Origin: Salpingoeca rosetta
Taxonomy: Eukaryota > Protista > Choanoflagellata
Assembly (NCBI GenBank): GCA_033442325.1
Contig: JAWQFM010000018.1
Coordinates: 777,730 to 841,729, forward strand
Length of the DNA stretch: 64,000 bases
Direction: 5' to 3'
The position numbers and the translations under genes were made by a program. Under the pieces are notes generated by a model, which did not search any database, was not told the origin of the DNA, and saw only the letters and a program-made list of their open reading frames with translations. Shown one piece after another: positions 26,977 through 59,000 of the stretch. The first letter of the stretch is position 1. Each line of letters opens with the position of its first letter.

Positions 26977-27067
26977 GGCTCATGTCGTGCTCACATGCGT
27001 TCATGGTGTGTGCGTATTTGAATAAAGGGGCCGGCCGCCATCGTCGAAGCGAGCGAAACGCGGATAG
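24479..27067 (+). CDS. GTF2F1: General transcription factor IIF large subunit (RAP74/TFIIF-alpha); 3' end approximate
   Basis: GEGSEFGSRQREQARRRRY..YFFVMPGAEEGVFQAVPADNYYEVRAKPKMTTFTEEEAEELM parallels RAP74 GAGSEFNRKLREEARRKKY..YYIF..GAFEAFPVHNWYNFTP..RTLTAEEAEEEW. Acidic exons follow. Confidence 0.8.
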
Positions 27068-27237
27068 GGATCTTCATGCTGTTGTCATTGCTGCTGCTGT
27101 TGATGATGAGGGTTGATAGTGCATACCTTTGTCTTGTTTGTCCAATAACCTGCCATAGCACACACATTCCCTTTCCGTACTCTCCCCTCATTATGGCATG
27201 TGTGCAAAAGAGTGGTTCAGTTCCGTTACTTTATCAG

Positions 27238-27271
<34 letters not shown>

Positions 27272-27477
27272 GCAGAAGAAGCAAAGCAGGTTGGAGTAGA
27301 CAACCACGTTCCCAATCACACAGGCGGCAAACGCCAGACATAACGGCGAAACAAAGTTCACACGCGCGTTCGCCGCAGGAATGGCAGTGCAGCCTGTGGT
27401 TGGTGTTGCCATGGTGATAGTGCACGTGTTGTGGCCACGTGGATGGATTGAGCCAGCGACAGCACAGACTCAATTGA

Positions 27478-27548
<71 letters not shown>

Positions 27549-27880
27549 CGGTACATGACGCGCAATGGTGTGACGGATCGCAACACTACAGCACAAGATA
27601 CAAGAGAATCGCAAGACACGGCAAAACAAGAAATAGCAACGCACGATGGGAAGATGCAATCCCATCAGGCGAACGAGCAGCACAACCCAGACAGGAGCGA
27701 ATAGTAACAAAGCATCACAGCAACAAAGCAGTAGTGGTGGTGGTGGCGAGCAGAGCCCACACGCGAGCTTGATGGAGGTCCAATATACACGATGGAAGGG
27801 GGAAGAGGAATGGGAGCAATGGATGATGAAAAAAGGGGGGGGGGGGGAGGGGGAAGGGAAGACTGTTTGGGAGCTTGTGC

Positions 27881-32641
<4,761 letters not shown>

Positions 32642-33213
32642 GTTGGTTCACTCCTGCGTGCTGTGTATGTCTGAGCGACGTTGGCTTCACGCAGAGGGTG
32701 GGAGGAGGAAGAACAAGGAAACACAAGAAGCAAAGCCTCGAGGCTGGGATGGGCTGGGTGGCTTGGATAGATGCCTGGGATGGATGAATGAGAGGCGCTG
32801 TTGCTGTCGGGTGTTGTTGCTGTCGGGTGTTGTTGCTGCGCTTCGCCGATCAGACCACCGAAGCTCTGGCTGGTGGGTGAGGACGCGAAGGATCACAGCA
32901 GCGGATGCAGAAGCAAGCCGTGCTGCTGACTACAGCAACGAGCAGCAAGAGGGCAGGGGAAGGAAGGGAGGAGAAGGGGGAGGGAAGATGGGATGGGAAG
33001 AATGGCGATCATGTGCTGATAATCGCTTGGTTGCACGACGCCAACTCTTGCTTGGCCTTTGTGTCGTGCGGTGTTTTGTTTCTGCGTGGGTGTCATCTCA
33101 CGATGATGTTGGTGATGGGTGGCGGTGGCCGCGAAAGGTTGATGCCTCAAAAGAACGTGGTCGCGCGTGATAGTGGTATGCAAGAACGCATATGTTACTG
33201 TGCTACAGTGGAA

Positions 33214-33475
33214 NNNNNNNNNNNNNNNNNNNNNNNNNNNNNNNNNNNNNNNNNNNNNNNNNNNNNNNNNNNNNNNNNNNNNNNNNNNNNNNNNNNNNNN
33301 NNNNNNNNNNNNNNNNNNNNNNNNNNNNNNNNNNNNNNNNNNNNNNNNNNNNNNNNNNNNNNNNNNNNNNNNNNNNNNNNNNNNNNNNNNNNNNNNNNNN
33401 NNNNNNNNNNNNNNNNNNNNNNNNNNNNNNNNNNNNNNNNNNNNNNNNNNNNNNNNNNNNNNNNNNNNNNNNNNN
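33214..33475. other. Assembly gap (N run)
   Basis: Run of n. Confidence 0.99.
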
Positions 33476-33567
33476 CCGCCCGAGCGAGGTGTGTGTATAT
33501 GCGAGATGTGCGAGCGCAAGGGGCGTAGAGAGTGGAGAGTGTGCTGCAACAACGCGCGATGATGGTG

Positions 33568-33658
<91 letters not shown>

Positions 33659-33782
33659 CAGGTGAGAGGGAACACACACGGGTTAGCTGTCGAGAACTCA
33701 GTCATCTCCTGCGTTGCCGACTCTTGTGTATGTGTGCATGTGCAGAGACGTTTGCAGAGAAACTTGAGAACAAGCAAGAACC

Positions 33783-36391
<2,609 letters not shown>

Positions 36392-36871
36392 TGGCAGCAG
36401 CTGTTGCAACCTCGTCAACAAGGGCCCTTCTCCCCTCTTGCTCTCTTCATCCGTCCTTTTACATGTCCCATCTTTGTCCTGCACCACCCCCAACCCACAT
36501 ATGTTCTTGATTTTGCGCCACTTCTGACCTTTCAAGACACTCCTTCAAGCCCCCTCTTGCCCCATCTCCCACACACCAACGTTCCTCTCCCTCTTCAGCC
36601 ACTGGTTTCCCTCTTTTCCAAGTAAACACACCTTGTTCCAGTGGATGTACTCTTGATACAGGAAGGCAAGAAAGCGGGACAGAGACAGACAGGTAGACAG
36701 ATCAACAGAGACACACAGAGAGCAGGTACACACACACACACTCACTCACACACTCACACACACTCACTCACACACACTCACACACTCACTCACACACTCA
36801 CTCACACACATGCCCAAATTCCACCCAACACAACTCAAACGAAGCAGTCAAGCAAGCGCGAAAGGCAGCAG

Positions 36872-37118
36872 TCACTCTTGGTCCAATCTCGTCTTGTGCA
36901 TGTAAGCCATGACCGTCGCCAGCACAGCAACCCTATGCATGGATGAAGACGGGAGGACGTAATGAGCCAGTACAAAAGCACAAATCAAGTGCCGTAGATG
37001 CGTGTCGTGAGCGTGGCAGCAGCATGTTCAAGCGCGAGTACAGTGTGCACACGCACAAGAACAAACACGTCCAACGTGACTGCACCCAGCAGCACCACCA
37101 GTACCACCAGCAACTACC

Positions 37119-37149
<31 letters not shown>

Positions 37150-38008
37150 GCAACCAACAACAGCAGCAGCAGCAGCAGCAGAAGCAACGAGTGCCACGAG
37201 AAACTCACGGGACTTGTGTGAAGCTGGAGTAGTCGCCGCTGTACTTGTGGTTGGCCAAGCCAGAGGCGGCGCAGAAGATGGCCACCCATCCAAGCGCAAT
37301 GCTCTGTTGAGAAGAGGGCAACGTGCGTGACGGTCAAGGGAGGCATTGCCACATGAAAACAAGATGCCGTGGGGCAGTGTGAGGAAAACATGAAGAGCGC
37401 ATTCACACACAGCGACACAAAAGAGGCGCAAGCATGGTCGGCAATAGCGTGGCATCTCACCCTGAAGAAGAACGCGCCCATGGCACTCAACAGAACGAGA
37501 ACGTGCATCACTGCAGTCGGCAGCGATGCAAGGGTGTCAGAGTAAGTGGTGACAATGTGCCGGGCAAGTGTGCGCATGATCACGCAGCGTTTACAAGAGC
37601 GGACGGCGTACACACACGCACGCACATACACAAGCATACACGCACACACGCACATACACAAGCATACACAAACGCACGCACATACACACATGCATCTCCA
37701 CTTTGCGTTACCATCTTGTGAAGGTTGGTCCTTGTATGGAGACACGTACTTGCGCCACCTCGCCGCCTCGAATCTGCAACAAGTGCATGTGGTCGTGTGA
37801 TTTACAGTTATTGGATTGTTGGGTGATGATTCGCCTGTGTCTGGTCGTGCTTTGCACACGTCGCAGTGACAGACACGAACATGCAAAGTGCACAGCTCAC
37901 TCACGAGTGGTGCGGTGTGCGCTTGTGAGTGGGCTTTGGATCCATTTGCTGCGATTCCTTCTCAGCACCAGCAGCACCAGCTGCTTTCGTCGCCGCACCG
38001 CCGCTCAT
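36872..38008 (-). CDS. WDR83OS: PAT complex subunit Asterix/PAT10 (UPF0139) small membrane protein; exon 1/2 junction not fully resolved
   Basis: Not in the ORF track as a unit. Small exons splice to ..RWRKYVSPYKDQPSQD VMHVLVLLSAMGAFFFR SIALGWVAIFCAASGLANHKYSGDYSSFTQVP VAVLATVMAYMHKTRLDQE*. This parallels human [55 protein letters not shown]. Confidence 0.7.
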
Positions 38009-38161
38009 CTTGGGTGGTTAACTTTTATGCTGTCGTAAACCAAAAACTGACTTCAGTTTGCAGAGATGAGGAACTGCTTCTCTGCTAACACCACAACGTC
38101 ACGTCAACGCATTCACTCACATCAACGCACATACACACACGCGCGGTTGTCATGTCACACG

Positions 38162-42123
<3,962 letters not shown>

Positions 42124-42958
42124 ACTAGTAGTGGTTGTGCTTGAGGTAGTGGTGGTTGGGGTGGTGGTGGTAGAGGTGGTGGTGGTAGAGGTGGTGGTGG
42201 TGGTGGTGGTGGTAGAGGTGGTGGTAGAGGTGGTGGTGATGGATGGTGGGGAAAATAATGCCTCTGTTCAACGAATGTGGCAAGTGGTTGATGGTTGGTG
42301 GTGGTTTGATGGGTGGTTGGTTGTGATGTGAATGAGACAGAGAAGGGCAAGCGCCACAGAGGCAAGGGCAAGTGATGCAAGGGTAATCGATGCAAGCAAG
42401 GACAATTAATGTGAGGCAAGCGCTTTCCAAGAACGGTGGTGGGAAAGCGAGCTCGTGGGTGTGATACGACATTTGACAGACAACGCCACCACAAAGCGGG
42501 AAGACGTGACACGACGGTGCTGTGCTTGACTTACAGCTTACAGCAAGGCCCAGTAATGTCGTGCTGAAATGAAGGAAAACTGCAATGATCTGGCGAGAAG
42601 GAGTAGGTCACTCCTGTTGTGTGAATGTGCGTGCAATTGCGTTTTGAGTGGGGGGGGAGTGTGAGTGCGCGCAATCAATCGTGAGTGCGTGCAATCGTGT
42701 GCACGTCAGTGAGTATGAGCGGGAAGCGAGTGCGTGGGAGCGTGCGACGAAGTGAGGAGAGGCTAATCGATTCCAGGAATCCAAACCAAAACAACACGCA
42801 CAACAACAACACAAAGAGCGATGAGCAGAATCGGGCGCACCGCCACCTTGGTTGAAGAGAAATGGTGGGCATCTTTCGTTGATCTTCTACAACGAAGCTC
42901 AAGGGGAGCAAAAGGTCAGCCAGTGCGGCGTTTGGGTGGGTGTTGCGCACTTGCTTAG

Positions 42959-44770
<1,812 letters not shown>

Positions 44771-44810
44771 TGCAGCAACACCTGTGTGAGCATCGAGATG
44801 TGACACGTAC

Positions 44811-44870
<60 letters not shown>

Positions 44871-44875
44871 GTGTG

Positions 44876-44914
<39 letters not shown>

Positions 44915-45456
44915 GTGTGTGTGTGTGTGTAGTGCAGTGTCGTTTGTCTTCTACTTTCGTGTTTGTAGTTGTGTGTGTGTGTGTGTCGTGTCGTGTGTCT
45001 CCTACTTTTATGTTTGTAGTTGTGTGCAGTTGTGCGTCAACATTGTGCATATGTCGAAGGGTGCCTGAGTGTGCACTTTGTCTCCTCTTGCGTATGTGGC
45101 CCCATTTGCTTTCGAGTAGTGTATCATTTACTTGCTTCAATAGACCATCGCAACAACAAGATAGACCGGCTATCGATTGCGCGGCGATGCAGAAGGGGAA
45201 AGTGGGCAACAGGGTGACAATGGCACGCTCAGCATGCGCACGGCCGCCACACAGGAGTGGAAGCATGTGAAGTTCAAAACGTAGAGGAAACAGATGCTAC
45301 GCACGAGAAGGAAGAGCACTGGAACGCGGATAACACCCGAGCGTGCCTTTCAAGACAGTCACGTACGTACTGACAGACACACACACGCTTCTACAACACA
45401 CACACACACACACACACACACACTATCACACGCACATGCACACACACACACACACA

Positions 45457-45525
<69 letters not shown>

Positions 45526-45536
45526 CCAATTTGCAC

Positions 45537-46296
45537 TCATGCTGGCGGCCGCAACGAGAAGGTTGGTCCTCGCTGTGCTTTTGCGGCTTCAACCACCTTT
45601 TTGCGGTGCTCTCGATATCGCTGCCTGCGCTCTTCCTTGTACTTCTTCAGCCGTTCCACCTCCTTTGCCGGGTCCTGTTTGGCATGTTCCCACCGCAGCG
45701 TTGGGTTCTTCTCCAGCATTCGAATCCGCTCCAGCTCCTGCACAAAGGAAAGGGCAGCGATGGAGAGTGAGAACGAACGAAGGATTGTGCGTGTGCGTAT
45801 GCAAGTGAGTGTGCGTGTGCGTATGCGAGTGAGTGTGCACGTGTGTGCGCGTATGTGTGTGCATACGTGTATGGGTGCGTGTGTGTGTGTGTGCTGTTGG
45901 GTAAAAAGAAGATGTGTCGGATGAAAACAAAAGCAAAAGCAAAAGCACATCGTACAATGGTGATTGGGTTCTTGGCTGGGGCCTTCTTCTTGTTCTTCTT
46001 CTTTGCTTTTGGGCTCGTGCCCCCGCCGCCACCGGCACTGCTACTCGACGCTTCTACACATTGATGTGCATGTGATGTGTATGTGATGTGCATATGTCAA
46101 ATTCAAAAAAAAATGACTCCAATCACACCTTATCCGCGCAGACTCGCATACAAACGAACACCTGCAAACACACACATACACATGTCACACATACACACAT
46201 GTACACACGTGAGACACCACACACGACACACATGTACGCACTCTTCTTCTTCTTGTCCTGCTTCTTCTTGGAGTGCTTCTTGGACTCGTCCCCCAT
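45537..46296 (-). CDS. Small lysine-rich protein with LIAT1 (ligand of ATE1)-like domain
   Basis: Three exons: MGDESKKHSKKKQDKKKK / ..KAKKKNKKKAPAKNP / ELERIRMLEKNPTLRWEHAKQDPAKEVERLKKYKEERRQRY. The last resembles the Liat1 motif SLRW....DPE.E.ER...YK.NRRKRY. Confidence 0.65.
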
Positions 46297-46384
46297 CTTT
46301 GTTGGGAGCGGTGGAAACAGTCGATCGTCGTTGGGAAGTGACCGCCGTCTGCAACAGCATAAACCGCATTTCTCTCCACCTCTA

Positions 46385-46402
46385 TCGACTGAATTCAGTC
46401 GA
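46385..46402. promoter_or_regulatory. 18-bp perfect palindrome TCGACTGAATTCAGTCGA in the divergent LIAT1-like/DHX16 promoter
   Basis: Seen directly; it lies near the middle of a 216-bp head-to-head intergenic region. Function is inferred. Confidence 0.45.
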
Positions 46403-46512
46403 ATCGATACCACCAGCACACAACAGAGACGAGAAGCGGAAGCGGAGAACGTTCCACTCGCACACTCACATCACACGCTCGCACGCTTCACATCACACCA
46501 CACACAGCCACG

Positions 46513-54767
<8,255 letters not shown>

Positions 54768-54810
54768 GATTGATGTTGTGTGTATCTGTGCGTGTGTGTG
54801 TGTGTGTGTA

Positions 54811-54853
<43 letters not shown>

Positions 54854-55043
54854 GTCTGCATGTCTGTCTGTCTGTGTACGGTTCTGTAGGCTTTGTATGT
54901 CGTCACGGACAATGAAATGAACCCTCTTCCCTCGAACCAATGCCACCTCGCCACACACAACACACACACGCACGCACGCAAGACTTCCTTCTTTTCTTGG
55001 TTGTGTATTGTTTGATTCATTCTCAAAGCAAGACCAAACGACG

Positions 55044-55074
<31 letters not shown>

Positions 55075-56030
55075 CACAAACGGAAGCGACACGTGTCGTC
55101 TGTGACACCAATGCAATGGTTGTGAAGGCGACATGCGATCACCACACCATGTCATGTCACATACAGACAAAAGACACAAAAGACACAAGACACAAGACAC
55201 AAGGACTACCAACCAACAACAAGCCAGTAAGTAAAACAAGGACGTCGTCGCAACGTGCTACACAAAACTGAAGAAGACGTCTGCTGGTGACAAGTGTATC
55301 CACAAGAGAGACGCAGCACGCAACACGCAGGGCAAACACACACACACACAACGGTGCGTTCACAGCAACAAGAGTACAACAAGTACAAGAGAAGCGCAAA
55401 AGAGTCAAGATGCAGCTTCATCAGGGGAGGATGGATGCGTAACATAACGACGCACGCGACGACGGGTACAGAACAACAAAGACACACACACACGCACACA
55501 TAAAGCACTAACATGTACAACCAGCAGCACAGCGAAACGTGCACACAGTTACACTACATGCACGCACGAGTGCAGGGGAAAAGAATTGGGGCCCCCAGAC
55601 CAGTAACCACGCCCATGGTTGATACAGGCAATTGCTTCCTTCCTCGCTCTCTGCAGCACATGTCATCCCTTCATCATCAACATCGCCGCTACCACCACCA
55701 TCATCATCAACAACAACAACAACAACAGAACCAGCATCATCCACAAACCACAGCACCATTCAACATGCGAGTGTCACCATCGTCTAAGGGAGAATACGGG
55801 GGATGGGGCACGAAATGGAGGAAAGAAAGCAAAAGAACACCACAAGCGCGGATGGAAGTGGAGGGGGGTAAGGGAAGCAAGGAAGGCATGCAAGGTGTAA
55901 TGGATACACCACTGGACACAAAAGAAACAGTGACTTAGAGAGATACAACACAAAGACATGCGCGTCACCAAGCAAATGGGGATAACACATACGCATGCAT
56001 GTGCGCGGGTGCTGTGCATGTGCGTGATGC

Positions 56031-59000
56031 TTACGCGGGTGTCTTGAAGATCTCAATGTTGTCCACTACAACCTGACCCGTGCCTGTACCAGCGACGAAG
56101 CTGAGCACCATGTTCTCGCCATCAACGCCCTCTGGGACAGTGAAGTCGACAGCAAAGATGGTGAAGCGGCCCGCGGGCACCTGGTTCCGCTCGACTGTCA
56201 TGCTTGACAGCTGCGTGGTGGTGTCGGAGGTGGTGACGAGGACAGTGCACTGGAGCATGTCCAGGCTGGTGCGGTGGCCGAAGGAGAGGGTGATGGTGTA
56301 GTGCTCGCCAGAGGAGACGGCAACCGTCGATGTCTGTTCCGCCGTTGCGCCCGCGGTCATGTACAGCACCTGTGCGCCCTCCGGTGTGGGGTCGGTGAAG
56401 AAGCCCTCGGCCTTAAGCACGCCAGCGGACGATGTGACCGCCCAAGCAAAGGCCTCACCTGGCTGGAACATTGACTCAAACGAGTCGAGCTCGAAGCTTG
56501 GGTTGACCAGGGCAGACACGAGCTGGGTGGTCGACGTTGTTGTGGTGGTTGTCGTTGTTGTGGTGGTGGTGGTGGTTGTCGTTGTTGTGGTGCTTGTGGT
56601 GGTGGTTGTCGTTGTTGTGGTGCTTGTGGTGGTGGTTGTCGTTGTGGTGGTGGTTGTGGTCGTTGTCGTGGTCGTGCTCGTGGTTGTGGTGGTCGTGGTG
56701 GTTGTAGTCGTGGTTGTGGTGGTGGTGGTTGTTGTGGTCGTCGGCAGCTCACGCTCGCAGACAAAGGAGCGCTTGCGGTTGCAGCGCGTGTCCTCCCACG
56801 TGCCAATTGGGTTGTTGTCGGCGTCGCGCACGCTCATGAGAAGGCAGTTCTCGTTTGCCTCGCCAGTTGGCTCGCCCTCCTCCCATGGCAGACCAAAGTC
56901 AACGACGTCCGTGCCGTCAACCCACTCGAGCTGCCCTGGCGTGTTGAACACGCCGCCAATCCAGACCTCGTTGTTTGTTGTCATGCTGCGCGCAAACACC
57001 TCCAGCCAGTCTTGCTCGTCCTGGGAGGTGACGACAGCCAGGTGGCCGCCGTTGTTCTCGCAGGTGGACTCAGCGGAGCCGAAGCCCACCTTGTCCACGC
57101 CATACACTTGATACTCGGAGTTGCCAAACTCGACCCACAGAGGGGTGGTGGTCGTCGTCGTCGTGGTTGTGGTTGTGGTGGTTGTGGTTGTCGTAGTCGT
57201 GGTGGTTGTGGTGGTTGTGGTTGTGGTTGTGGTGGTTGTGGTGGTGGTTGTAGTGCTCGTCGTCGTGGTTGTGGTCGACGTGGTTGTGGTGGTAGTCGTC
57301 GTCGTGGTTGTGGTTGTCGTCGTGGTTGTGGTGGTCGTGGTCGTGGTCGTGGTCGTGGGAATGGGACGCTCACAGATGTAGGAGCGGGAGCGGCCGCAGC
57401 GCAGATCCTCCCACGTGCCCGTGCGAACATCGTTCTCGTTGCGCGCGTTCAGCAACAGGCAGCCTTCCTGCTTGTTACCGGATGGCTCGCCCTCCCTGAA
57501 TGGCAGGTCAAAGTCGACAACCTCCGTGCCATCGATCCAGGCGAGCTCGCCCGGTGTGGGGAAGATGCCACCAATCCACAGCTCGTTGTTTGGTGTGCGA
57601 CCAAGAGCGAAGCCAGTCACCCACGCGTGCTCGTGCTGGGACGTGATGACAGCAAGGTTACCGCCAAAGCCCTCGCACGCGGCCTGGGCATCGCCAAAGC
57701 CGAGCTTGTTCTCGTCGTACACGTTGTACTCAGACTCGCCAAACTCAACCCAGCCAGAAGACACACCATCAAAGACGGTGACAGCGAACGTGGTTGTGGT
57801 TGTGGTTGTTGTGGTGGTGGTCGTGGTGGTGGTTGTGGTTGTGGTCGTCGTGGTTGTGGTTGTGGTTGTGGTCGTGGTGCTGGTGCTGGTGACAAAGACG
57901 CTCGAGGCGTATGACGACGAGGCAAAGGAGCCTGTGGTGGTCGTGGACGTTGTCGTGGACGTGGTGGACGTCGTTGTCGTTGTTGTGGTGGTGGTGGTTG
58001 GGATGGGGCGCTGGCAGATGTAGGAGCGGGTGCGGCCGCAGCGCAGGTCCTCCCACGTGCCCGTGCGAACATCGTTCTCGTTGCGCGCGTTCAGCAACAG
58101 GCAGCCCTCCTGCTTGTTACCGGATGGCTCGCCCTCCCTGAATGGCAGGTCAAAGTCGACAACCTCACTGCCGTCGATCCAGGCGAGCTCGCCCGGTGTG
58201 GGGAAGATGCCACCAATCCACAGCTCGTTGTTTGGTGTGCGGCCGAGTGCAAGGCCGGTGACGAAGATGTGCTCGTAGTAGGAGAGGACGACAGCGAGGT
58301 TACCGCCAAAGCCCTCGCACGCGGCCTGGGCATCGCCAAAGCCGAGCTTGTTCTCGTCGTACACGTTGTATTCGTAATCGCCAAACTCGACCCAGCCGTC
58401 CGGACCGTCGAACACGGTGACTGGTGGCAGGGTGGTTGTGGTCGTTGTGGTGGTGGACAGGGTAGTCGTGGTGGTTGTGGTGGTGGTTGTGGTCGTCGTG
58501 GTGGTTGTCGTTGTCGTCGTGGTGGTCGTGGTCGTGGTGGTCGTTGTCGTGGTGGGTGCAGGCCTCTCGCAGATGTAGGAGCGGGAGCGACCGCAACGCA
58601 GATCCTCCCACGTGCCCGTGCGAACATCGTTCTCGTTGCGCGCGTTCAGCAGAAGGCAGCCTTCCTGGGAGTTGCCGGATGGCTCGCCCTCCCTGAATGG
58701 CAGGTCAAAGTCAACAACCTCACTGCCGTCGATCCAGGCGAGCTCGCCCGGTGTGGGGAAGATGCCACCAATCCACAGCTCGTTGTTGGTGGTACGGCCG
58801 AGTGCAAAGCCAGTCACCCACACGTGTTCATGGAAGGATGTGACGACAGCAAGGTTACCGTCCACGGCTTCGCATGCGGCCTGGGCATCACCAAACGACA
58901 GCTTGGTGTCTGCGTACACGTTGTACTCTGAGCCTTGGAACTCCACCCAGCCGGAGGAGGGGCCATCGAAGACGGTGACGACGAGGGTCGTGGTTGTGGT

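Noticed and set aside
54800-56030. Short ORFs between DHX16 and the lectin gene
   Set aside because: Convergent 3'UTR/intergenic region rich in simple repeats; no coding signature.
57365-58950. Repeat-spacer pattern as a CRISPR-like array or mobile element
   Set aside because: The repeats are ~390-bp in-frame protein domains separated by poly-Thr codons.
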